Below are positions 1 to 7,229 of a stretch of DNA of 64,000 nucleotides, piece after piece. Positions within the stretch are counted from its first letter, which is position 1. Each line of letters starts with the position of its first letter. The translations under genes were made by a program, and so were the position numbers. The notes beneath the pieces were generated by a model. It did no database searches. It saw only the letters and a program-made list of their open reading frames with translations, and was not told the origin of the DNA. Source of the stretch: Klebsiella phage HMGUkp2; sequence record PV683292.1; one strand, 5' to 3'.

Positions 1-275
1 ATGCTATCTCTCAGGCCCAGAAGGCCGGGGTTAACCAATACTTGATGGTTGATTGCTCTCATGCTAACGCCCAAGGTTCTTTCTTGAACCAGGTTGCAGT
101 TTGTGCTGAAGCAGCAGAACTAGCGAACGTTCGAGGAATTATGTTAGAATCTAACCTTAAACAAGGTAATCAAAAGATTTCTACAGACCTTGAATATGGT
201 GTATCAATTACTGATGCGTGTATTGGCTGGGAAACCACTGAAATGGTTCTCCGTAATCTGAATAACAAAGGTTAA
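1..275 (+). CDS. 3' fragment (C-terminal ~91 aa; ORF open to window start) of a 3-deoxy-7-phosphoheptulonate (DAHP) synthase-like protein, AroG/AroF class
   Basis: Frame is open from nt 3. Translation ...LMVDCSHANAQ...GIMLESNLKQGNQKI...EYGVSITDACIGWETTEMVLRNL closely matches the conserved C-terminus of E. coli AroG (VMIDFSHANS...GVMVESHLVEGNQSL...AYGKSITDACIGWEDTDALLRQL). Stop at 273-275, 2 nt before the cd start. Confidence 0.65.
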   Translation, partial: AISQAQKAGVNQYLMVDCSHANAQGSFLNQVAVCAEAAELANVRGIMLESNLKQGNQKISTDLEYGVSITDACIGWETTEMVLRNLNNKG

Positions 276-277
276 AA

Positions 278-838
278 ATGAAAGCATCTACCTATCTTCA
301 AATCGCATACCTGATTTCCCAAGAATCAAAATGCTGCTCTTGGAAAGTAGGTGCGGTTATCGAAAAAGATGGTCGCATCATTTCTACAGGGTATAACGGT
401 TCTCCGGCCGGCGGAACTAACTGTTGTGACCATGCCGCACAGCAAGGTTGGACCAAGTTTATTCCTAATTCTGGGTCTGGCCGAATTTCAGGCAAAGGTG
501 GACAAGTTGTTCTGGCTAAAGAACACAGACCCGCACATAGTGAATGGTCTTCTAAAAATGAAATCCACGCCGAACTGAACGCTATTTTGTTCGCGGCCCG
601 TAAAGGTTCTTCAATTGAAGGCTCCACTCTGTATTGCACTGCATCTCCTTGCCCTGATTGTACTAAAGCTATTTCTCAGTCAGGTATTAAAAAGGTTGTT
701 TATGCGGAGCGCTATGATCGCTCTCCTGATGACTGGGCTGATATTCTGGTTGAAGCCGGAATTGAAGTTATTGAATATAACCGTAAGAATCTTAACTCTC
801 TGAACTGGGAACAGATTCGTAATTTTTGTGGTGAATAA
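278..838 (+). CDS. cd: dCMP deaminase
   Basis: 186 aa. Zinc-deaminase motifs HAELNAI and PCPDC; size and sequence similar to T4 Cd; position upstream of gene 31. Confidence 0.9.
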   Translation: MKASTYLQIAYLISQESKCCSWKVGAVIEKDGRIISTGYNGSPAGGTNCCDHAAQQGWTKFIPNSGSGRISGKGGQVVLAKEHRPAHSEWSSKNEIHAELNAILFAARKGSSIEGSTLYCTASPCPDCTKAISQSGIKKVVYAERYDRSPDDWADILVEAGIEVIEYNRKNLNSLNWEQIRNFCGE

Positions 839-1173
839 TGAATCTTAACGAATTCGACTCTATCGTAAGCATCAACCCGCCTATGCCAGAGCCTGTAGAT
901 GCAACTGAAAAATTTGCATTTATGCTCAAAGCTGCCGGTATTAATGTAATTGTTATCGGCGCTCCTTCGTTTTCTGTACAAACTATAAAACGTGGCGAGC
1001 GTTACAAAGTTGATATTGCATCTTTCAAGGCCCAGGATCTGGATCATCTGGTTTCTGAGATCGTGAAATTTAATCCGGATGTAGTTTATCTGCGTGAAGT
1101 AAAAGACTTTACTGAAATTGAAGGTAAACCTGCATACACTGTTCGCTTTAACTTTATTAAGGTAGAAGTATGA
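838..1173 (+). CDS. hypothetical protein (cd.x-position ORF)
   Basis: 111-aa ORF, overlapping stop/start with cd; position equivalent to T4 cd.1-cd.5. Confidence 0.5.
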   Translation: MNLNEFDSIVSINPPMPEPVDATEKFAFMLKAAGINVIVIGAPSFSVQTIKRGERYKVDIASFKAQDLDHLVSEIVKFNPDVVYLREVKDFTEIEGKPAYTVRFNFIKVEV

Positions 1174-1493
1174 AATTAACTACTGACCAAAAAATTGCTC
1201 TGCGTGAAGTTCTGAAAGTCAAACTATCCATGGGCGTATCAGATATAGTTTTCGAAAAAGCAGACGGCACTATTCGTACTATGAAAGGTACCCGTGATAA
1301 AGATGTAGTTTCTTCTCTAGTTGGCGCCGAGATCTATGAAAGTTATGTGAATCCTTCTAAGCCACGTAAAGAATCCACCGATATGGTTCCTCTGTTTGAT
1401 ACCGAATTAAAACAATGGCGTGGATTCAGCATTGACAAACTGATCTCTGTTAACGGCATGAAAGCAGAACATTTACTCCAATTTGTTGGCTAA
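1170..1493 (+). CDS. hypothetical protein
   Basis: 107-aa ORF, ATGA overlap with the upstream ORF. Confidence 0.5.
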   Translation: MKLTTDQKIALREVLKVKLSMGVSDIVFEKADGTIRTMKGTRDKDVVSSLVGAEIYESYVNPSKPRKESTDMVPLFDTELKQWRGFSIDKLISVNGMKAEHLLQFVG

Positions 1494-1496
1494 TCT

Positions 1497-1527
1497 GTTA
1501 TATGCTTTAAGAATGTTTTGATATTAT
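1497..1527 (+). promoter_or_regulatory. MotA-dependent middle promoter: MotA box TGCTTTA (1503-1509), 12 nt, TATTAT (1522-1527)
   Basis: Same TGCTTTA-N12-TA(T/A)(T/A)AT architecture recurs at 23486 and 62681; lies upstream of gene 31. Confidence 0.5.
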
Positions 1528-1557
1528 TATTCTATCCTAACAACAAAAGAGATAACT

Positions 1558-1887
1558 ATGACTGATTTACCAATTCGTGCTCTTGGTGAGTATGTTATTT
1601 TAGTGTCTGAACCTGCCCAGGCTGGTGAGCCAGAAGTTTCTGCTGGCGGCATTATCATTGAACAACGCCGCTCTCAAGGCGAAGTTCCTGAACTGTGTGA
1701 AATCTATTCTATCGGTGAAGATGTTCCTAAAGGTTTCGTTGAAGTTGGCGATCTGACTCCAACCCCTTTAGGCAGCATCAAACATGTGACTCATCCTTTG
1801 GTTGCGGCTGGTATAGCTAAAGCTAAAGATATTAAGCAGAAATTCGTCACTGTACATTATAAAAATTTGACGTGTGTTTACAAGTGA
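1558..1887 (+). CDS. 31: co-chaperonin for GroEL (GroES analogue) gp31
   Basis: 109 aa. [19 protein letters not shown]...[10 protein letters not shown] aligns almost residue-for-residue with T4 gp31 (111 aa). Confidence 0.9.
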   Translation: MTDLPIRALGEYVILVSEPAQAGEPEVSAGGIIIEQRRSQGEVPELCEIYSIGEDVPKGFVEVGDLTPTPLGSIKHVTHPLVAAGIAKAKDIKQKFVTVHYKNLTCVYK

Positions 1888-1895
1888 TATAAATA
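1888..1895 (+). promoter_or_regulatory. candidate late promoter TATAAATA
   Basis: Exact T4 late -10 consensus in the 31/rIII intergenic region. Confidence 0.35.
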
Positions 1896-2024
1896 AAAGT
1901 ATGAAGTGATGTGAGAACTACCTCCAAAAAGGGCATGTCACATTAACTTCTATGCGGTGGAGATGCGTTAAGCCGAATGGGTCTTAAGGCTCCACCTTTT
2001 ATTCACCTCACTTGAGGTTCTATA

Positions 2025-2273
2025 ATGAAAGATACTATCAAATTTGTACTTGACATCCAGCGTCAATCCTGGAATAACGGCCACGAGAACTACGGCGCCT
2101 CCATCGATGTAGAAGCAGCAATGCTTGATCTGCTCGGTTATTTCAAACATCTGAACCCAGCTCAGAAAGCTCTTGAAGCCGAACTAGCTGCTAAAGATGA
2201 ACTGAAATATGCTAAGCCGCTGTGTGCTAAGGCTCATAAAGCTGTTCGCCACTTTGTGGTAACGCTGAAGTAA
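2025..2273 (+). CDS. rIII: rIII-like lysis-inhibition accessory protein (82 aa)
   Basis: 82-aa ORF, the same length as T4 RIII; sits downstream of gene 31 as in T4; GAGG RBS 8 nt upstream. Confidence 0.4.
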   Translation: MKDTIKFVLDIQRQSWNNGHENYGASIDVEAAMLDLLGYFKHLNPAQKALEAELAAKDELKYAKPLCAKAHKAVRHFVVTLK

Positions 2274-2642
2274 TTTGTACGCCCACCATGTGTACGCATG
2301 GGTAACGTATGATGTGGACGTTGTTGGTTATCCCCACGTAAAACATCCGAAACCAACGGTGATTTGCTACCAAAGTGCAGCTAGAAAATAAACGGCAAGT
2401 GCATGCTACCCCGAGGCGATGGCTAATCGGGAGTACGCCTCAAGGCCTATACATCCATCGGTGTATATCTTATCCCCGATAAATCGGACCCGGAACCTTT
2501 AAGCTAACGGTGTGCAACAGATAAGAGTTTAAACGTACCCCTTTGAGGGCTTGCGGGAGCTACAACCGAAAGAACTGTCGAAAGAAGTTGAACCTCGGAA
2601 GAACGTGCTCCCATGTATTTCTCCAAAATGGAAGACTTTATA
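2274..2642 (+). ncRNA. about 370-nt non-coding, GC-enriched, stem-rich region (candidate structured RNA or leader)
   Basis: No ORF longer than 27 codons in any forward frame. Stems include GAGGCG...CGCCTC, GCGGGAGC...GCTCCC and AACGT...ACGTT. Unusually long gap for a T4-like genome. Confidence 0.3.
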
Positions 2643-2825
2643 ATGGCTAAACAAGCAAAAGCAAAAGCAAAAACTGCAGTAAAAGAAGTTGTTGGTACCT
2701 CTAAACGCGCTGGCTACAAGCGTGCGTCGAACAAGCGTATCAATCAGACGGTTGAGAAAATCATGCGTCGGGCTCGTGCGGTTCTTCGCGATGATGCTTC
2801 TCGTTTTGGTAAGCCGAAGGCATAA
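2643..2825 (+). CDS. small, very basic protein (60 aa; MAKQAKAKAKTAVKE...)
   Basis: Lys/Arg-rich ORF followed at once by an intrinsic terminator; the alternative upstream ATG at 2613 has no RBS. Confidence 0.45.
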   Translation: MAKQAKAKAKTAVKEVVGTSKRAGYKRASNKRINQTVEKIMRRARAVLRDDASRFGKPKA

Positions 2826-2830
2826 GTTTA

Positions 2831-2856
2831 GGGACTCCTACGGGAGTCCCTTTTTT
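2831..2856 (+). terminator. intrinsic terminator GGGACTCCTACGGGAGTCCC + T6
   Basis: Perfect 8-bp stem, followed by TTTTTTGTTTT. Confidence 0.7.
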
Positions 2857-2872
2857 GTTTTAGTAGAAGGTG

Positions 2873-2901
2873 TTTACATCAGCTTTAGGTTGTGGTATAG
2901 T
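2873..2901 (+). promoter_or_regulatory. T4-type early (sigma70) promoter GTTTACA-N17-TATAGT
   Basis: -35 TTTACA at 2873-2878, 17-nt spacer, -10 TATAGT at 2896-2901. Part of a repeated 26-nt element TGGTATAGTACTCTTACACCAACAAA also present at 4374. Confidence 0.65.
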
Positions 2902-2930
2902 ACTCTTACACCAACAAACCGGAGAATAAA

Positions 2931-3296
2931 ATGAAAATCAATCTGAATGCTACTGTTAAGTGCAAAGACCATGACGGCTATAAAGCCCAAGTAGTTCATG
3001 AAGCCCAGTGGATGCTTAGCAAAGAGCAATTCGAACTGGTTTACTGTATGACTCCTGAGGGCCCTTCAGATGATTTCTCATGGAAAATTCGTTTGACTAA
3101 TTTCTTCACCGGTGAAGAGTATGTTTTGAAAACCCTTGTTGTTGGTAAAATCATTTCCGAGACTTACGAAGATGAAGACGGTTACTCAGAAGATGTAACG
3201 TACTACAAAAACGGCCGTCAAGTGGCTGATGACCTGATTGAAAAAATGAAAGCTAAAGGTCTTATTGATTTAACTCATTGGACCTTTATCGGTTAA
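2931..3296 (+). CDS. hypothetical early protein
   Basis: 121-aa ORF downstream of the early promoter. Confidence 0.5.
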   Translation: MKINLNATVKCKDHDGYKAQVVHEAQWMLSKEQFELVYCMTPEGPSDDFSWKIRLTNFFTGEEYVLKTLVVGKIISETYEDEDGYSEDVTYYKNGRQVADDLIEKMKAKGLIDLTHWTFIG

Positions 3297-3302
3297 TTGA
3301 CT

Positions 3303-3316
3303 GGGGCTTCGGCCCC
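3303..3316 (+). other. GGGGCTTCGGCCCC UUCG-tetraloop hairpin (copy 1 of 3)
   Basis: Identical 14-mer at 4778-4791 and 22815-22828, each immediately after a stop codon. Confidence 0.6.
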
Positions 3317-3338
3317 TCCTTTTGAGGAAATAGAAATG

Positions 3339-3866
3339 CGTAATTATGAACTGGATGCAACTTATAAGCTTTCCGACGAAGCGGTCAAGCGGTTCTCTGA
3401 AAGTAGCCATAAAGGATTAAATTACTGCCTGGCTCGTGAAATTGGTACTCGTCTTTGGAAGCCGGTTTCTCTCGATTCAAGTGGGTGTGTTCAAGCTATT
3501 GAAATGGTTGGCACCGGGCGAGTCATTGCACCTAAAGACCTTAACTGCGCTGATATCAAAGGCCGCGAACAATCATATGTAATGTTTACCTGTGGTGAGC
3601 TTGATGTTGGCACTGTTGAGCGGTACATTGAACGTAATCCGGTTCAGGTAGAAGTCGAGCCTCTGTATCTTGTTCTAGAACGTTCTAAAAACTTTGAACG
3701 GGCTTCTATTGCTTATCGCGGCAATCAGTGTGCTTTCACTCTTGAAGAAGCAAAACAGATGGTTGCAGAACTCTGTCTGATTGCTCCTGTTGAAACAACG
3801 TACGAGTTGTACAAATTCTACGGCACTGCAAAGCCTGTTGTTACCACCGTAATCGAAGTTAAATAA
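3339..3866 (+). CDS. hypothetical protein
   Basis: ORF 3297-3866; start moved to ATG 3339 because GAGGAAAT RBS sits directly upstream. Confidence 0.5.
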   Translation, partial: RNYELDATYKLSDEAVKRFSESSHKGLNYCLAREIGTRLWKPVSLDSSGCVQAIEMVGTGRVIAPKDLNCADIKGREQSYVMFTCGELDVGTVERYIERNPVQVEVEPLYLVLERSKNFERASIAYRGNQCAFTLEEAKQMVAELCLIAPVETTYELYKFYGTAKPVVTTVIEVK

Positions 3867-3875
3867 GGAACTAAA

Positions 3876-4352
3876 ATGGAACTCTATAAATTTGCATCAG
3901 AAGACGCTCGTCAGAAATTCGAACTCAGTAGCTGGGAAATCGATAATGCACTGGCTAAATTGCTGAAAGGTAAAATTTTTAGCTTAACTGAAAAGAAGGC
4001 TAATGGTACGGTTATAGCCATCGAAGTTGAAGGTGAACACTACAACTCTGATCGCCTTCGTAAAGAATACCCTGAGTTCGGAATTGATGAATACGCTGAA
4101 GCTCTGTTTACTGGCGATGAAATCGGTACATTGGTCGTTAAGGTTCCTGAACCGGTTGAAAAGTTCTGTGTAATGACTGCTGACGGAAATAGTGGGTTCT
4201 TGATTCGTGCTCATGATATGACTCTGGAACGGGCAGAAGAAGTTGCGGCTCTCTACGTACGCGACAACGAAGACTCACAGGCAATAGTTATCAAAAAGAT
4301 TTCGTCGTTTACTGCAAAGAAAGAAATCGTGATAGATAAAGTTCAATACTAA
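3876..4352 (+). CDS. hypothetical protein (paralog family with 4810-5289)
   Basis: 158 aa; shares NGTVIAIEVEGEH / GGNILAIEIPGGK and C-terminal similarity with the 4810 ORF. Confidence 0.5.
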   Translation: MELYKFASEDARQKFELSSWEIDNALAKLLKGKIFSLTEKKANGTVIAIEVEGEHYNSDRLRKEYPEFGIDEYAEALFTGDEIGTLVVKVPEPVEKFCVMTADGNSGFLIRAHDMTLERAEEVAALYVRDNEDSQAIVIKKISSFTAKKEIVIDKVQY

Positions 4353-4355
4353 GTG

Positions 4356-4384
4356 TTTACAATGGTGTAGGAGTATGGTATAGT
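4356..4384 (+). promoter_or_regulatory. T4-type early promoter GTTTACA-N17-TATAGT
   Basis: -35 at 4356-4361, -10 at 4379-4384; same repeated element as at 2873. Confidence 0.65.
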
Positions 4385-4414
4385 ACTCTTACACCAACAA
4401 ATGAGGATAAAATA

Positions 4415-4771
4415 ATGAACTTCACCAACTTCGAACGCAAATATGTTCATGATTTCGATCAATCGCCTATCTGCCTCTGGAAACATAATAACGGTGTTGT
4501 AGCTCAGATCGATATGTACTGGGAAGATAACTATGTTTTCATCAGCTTTGAGAACGGTCCTACTCTAGATATTAAACTGGAAGGTTCCATGATTAAAGTT
4601 GGTTTTCACGATGATGTTCGTGTTCGCAACTTTGCTACACATCCATCATGGCACGGTGATAATCGCAAAACTTTGGTTAAGCTTTATCTGCGCCATGTGC
4701 TCGGTTTAAGAACTACTGAAGAACAGCGTGAAGCAATCTGGGATATCGTTTCAAACGAATTCACAATTTAA
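4415..4771 (+). CDS. hypothetical protein
   Basis: 118-aa ORF with RBS AATGAGGA. Confidence 0.5.
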   Translation: MNFTNFERKYVHDFDQSPICLWKHNNGVVAQIDMYWEDNYVFISFENGPTLDIKLEGSMIKVGFHDDVRVRNFATHPSWHGDNRKTLVKLYLRHVLGLRTTEEQREAIWDIVSNEFTI

Positions 4772-4777
4772 TCGAAC

Positions 4778-4791
4778 GGGGCTTCGGCCCC
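4778..4791 (+). other. GGGGCTTCGGCCCC UUCG-tetraloop hairpin (copy 2)
   Basis: Identical to 3303-3316; followed by TTTGAGGAAAT RBS. Confidence 0.6.
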
Positions 4792-4809
4792 ATCTTTGAG
4801 GAAATTACT

Positions 4810-5289
4810 ATGAACGTTACTGGCAAAACATTTAAACTGTCTACAGAGAAGTTCAACGAATACTTAAGTCGTTATAGTAAAATAGCTGAAGTTTTTGTTG
4901 AGTGTAATCCTACCAATTTACCATTCAAGGTTTTGTCTTCTGATGAAGGTGGTAACATTCTAGCTATCGAAATCCCTGGCGGCAAAGTCCTTCAAGCCTA
5001 TGAAGGTGAGCTTTCTGATTACTGGTGTATTTTCTTAGATACTGCGTACAATAAGGCTATTCCGGGTTTCCATTTGATTGAGACAGATCCCGTAGTGGCT
5101 CCTTCTGAAGAAGAAACCGGTTATTACGTTCTTACCATTAACAAAGACTCCAAAGCTATTTTGGGTCCTTTGACTTCTAAAGATGCTTATGAGTTCGCTG
5201 AGCGTCAAGCTCTTAACGCTGTTCCTGAAGTAGTTGTTCAGGTTCTGAAAATCGAAGCCACTGCATCTGTAGAGGTAAAATTCAAATGA
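4810..5289 (+). CDS. hypothetical protein (paralog of 3876-4352)
   Basis: 159-aa ORF. Confidence 0.5.
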   Translation: MNVTGKTFKLSTEKFNEYLSRYSKIAEVFVECNPTNLPFKVLSSDEGGNILAIEIPGGKVLQAYEGELSDYWCIFLDTAYNKAIPGFHLIETDPVVAPSEEETGYYVLTINKDSKAILGPLTSKDAYEFAERQALNAVPEVVVQVLKIEATASVEVKFK

Positions 5290-5570
5290 TCGTATCAAGC
5301 TTCTGGAACGAAAAACGTGGAAGCATCGAAACTATCATCAGCGATACCTTCGATGGCAAAGTACCTACTGTTGATGCCGTTCGTAAGTACATCGATAAGT
5401 ACTGCCCTGTAGAGTTTCGTCTTATCAACGGCGCTGACTCTTTGCAAATCAACTATATCAACGCACGTCTGGAAAAATTAGTTACAGATCGACCTGTAGG
5501 TTATTCTGACGACAACGGTGATAACGCCGTTATGCCTAAAGAGCCTAATAAATTCAAAACTAAGTTCTGA
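5286..5570 (+). CDS. hypothetical protein
   Basis: 94-aa ORF, ATGA overlap with upstream ORF. Confidence 0.45.
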   Translation: MIVSSFWNEKRGSIETIISDTFDGKVPTVDAVRKYIDKYCPVEFRLINGADSLQINYINARLEKLVTDRPVGYSDDNGDNAVMPKEPNKFKTKF

Positions 5571-5580
5571 GGAAAATATT

Positions 5581-5745
5581 ATGCGTGTTTCTGTTCCTAA
5601 AGCCCAAGCTCCGCGCCTGGCTCGTTGCTTGATGAACAATGAAATGATCGAAGTTATTAGTTGTGAAGTTGAAAGTAATAAAGTGGTTTATTACGTAGAT
5701 GCTCCAGAGTTCTTTGAATTTCCTAACTGGGTTACAGTGCAATGA
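5581..5745 (+). CDS. hypothetical small protein (54 aa)
   Basis: ATG at 5581 with GAGGAAAA RBS; in frame with the listed 5518 ORF. Confidence 0.35.
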   Translation: MRVSVPKAQAPRLARCLMNNEMIEVISCEVESNKVVYYVDAPEFFEFPNWVTVQ

Positions 5746-5924
5746 TTCAAGTAGCTAATGGTTTTAAACAAGGCGAAATCCATCTAATCTCGGCTGGGTT
5801 GCCTAAATCAGGCTTCTATATGGAAGTCCTGAAGAAACGACTCGAACAAGGAAATTACATAGTTATAACGGACTTCGAGTCATCTGTAGACTTTGAAAAA
5901 TTAAAGGATTTCTATGCGCTTTAG
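5742..5924 (+). CDS. hypothetical small protein
   Basis: 60-aa ORF, overlapping stop/start with upstream ORF. Confidence 0.4.
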   Translation: MIQVANGFKQGEIHLISAGLPKSGFYMEVLKKRLEQGNYIVITDFESSVDFEKLKDFYAL

Positions 5925-6126
5925 AAGACATGATACAGTCTCATTAGGCCTCTCTGGTATCCCAGGTGTTGTTATCTATTGTTTAGAAGCAATTCCACAG
6001 TACCACATCGAACCGTGGTATAATGTAAACTGGGTTGATGGTAATACTTCACTGCACGCTGAAAGCGAGCTTTTTAAAATATCTAAACTAAGAGATCTAA
6101 CTAATGAAGAAGGTTATTCTTACTGA
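5914..6126 (+). CDS. hypothetical small protein
   Basis: 70-aa ORF. Confidence 0.4.
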   Translation: MRFRRHDTVSLGLSGIPGVVIYCLEAIPQYHIEPWYNVNWVDGNTSLHAESELFKISKLRDLTNEEGYSY

Positions 6127-6946
6127 TATCGATGGTGTGGTTATCCAGTGGCAATCAGGCCTGGCTTATTTTGCACACAAATATGGTATCAAAACTGACG
6201 TCATTATTGAGATGATTTCAGACGAAAAGTTCCGGTGCGCTTCGGATATTTTCCAAACTGATCTTGCTACCGGAAAGCAGCTTATGGAAAAGTACAATAA
6301 CTCCGATTTTATTCGATACCTTGCCGCGTATAAAGATGCCCTGAAGGTTATCAATGACCTAAAGAAAGACTACGAATTTGTAGCTATAACTGCGCTAGGC
6401 AACAGTATTGATGCCAAGCTGAATAGACAGTTCAATCTGAATTCTTTGTTCCCTGGCGCATTCCAGGAAATCCTGATGTGTGGTCATTCAGAGTCTAAGG
6501 ATGCCCTTCTTTCTCAGGCTAAAGAAAAATATGGATCTCGGATTGTTTGTTATATCGATGATCTGCCTTCTCACTGTGAAGCTGCCATGAAGGTATTCAA
6601 AGGAACGGATGTCGATGTGTTCTTTATGCCTCGCGGCGAAAGAGCCGAGAAAACAGGTGCTTATTTTGTTAAAGACTGGGCTGAAGTTCAGTATATGATT
6701 TCTAAGCGTTCTTCTGATATTGGGAACCTGGCTACTCTTCATAAAATAGCAGGTACTCCTGGGACCCGTAAAGATCATGAAGATGCCATTTGGGAAGTAA
6801 TCCGTAAGGCCCAAGAAGCTAATAAAAATAAGCCTTGGGCCCAAACACCTTTACGCCCGGTTGTCCCATTTACTCCAGAGCCGTACATCAATTGCAGAGA
6901 CAAATGGACCATTAAAAGTCCGTCCTCTTTAAGGGCATCCTTCTGA
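6104..6946 (+). CDS. HAD-superfamily hydrolase (putative nucleotidase/phosphatase) with about 80-aa C-terminal extension
   Basis: HAD motif I ILTDIDGV (DxDG), motif II VAITALG, motif IV YIDDLP. Confidence 0.6.
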   Translation: MKKVILTDIDGVVIQWQSGLAYFAHKYGIKTDVIIEMISDEKFRCASDIFQTDLATGKQLMEKYNNSDFIRYLAAYKDALKVINDLKKDYEFVAITALGNSIDAKLNRQFNLNSLFPGAFQEILMCGHSESKDALLSQAKEKYGSRIVCYIDDLPSHCEAAMKVFKGTDVDVFFMPRGERAEKTGAYFVKDWAEVQYMISKRSSDIGNLATLHKIAGTPGTRKDHEDAIWEVIRKAQEANKNKPWAQTPLRPVVPFTPEPYINCRDKWTIKSPSSLRASF

Positions 6947-6953
6947 GGTAGCT

Positions 6954-7229
6954 ATGTTCGTGGTTCATACTCTTATAGACGGAAAACATAGTACACGTGA
7001 CTTCGGTCACGTTAACATGTTCTTCCGTGAAAACCCTTTGTTCAGACAAGCTAAGGATGAAGAAATCTTTAAACAATGTGTTGAGCAAGGGTTCATTTAT
7101 ATAAGCGAATACCTCTGCGATACCGTTAATGGCCGGAGAGCTATGATTACTTATCATAAGAAGCTAGATCTGCTTCTGGATGAAGTAGCTTATAATAAGA
7201 CTACTTATAACGGAAGGCGAATTAAATGA
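6954..7229 (+). CDS. hypothetical protein
   Basis: 91-aa ORF directly upstream of the ligase. Confidence 0.4.
   Translation: MFVVHTLIDGKHSTRDFGHVNMFFRENPLFRQAKDEEIFKQCVEQGFIYISEYLCDTVNGRRAMITYHKKLDLLLDEVAYNKTTYNGRRIK

Noticed and set aside
2613-2642. Upstream ATG extending the small basic ORF (MYFSKMEDFIM…)
   Set aside because: No RBS; the ATG at 2643 has GGAAG at -13 to -9 and starts the Lys-rich segment; the shorter form is kept.
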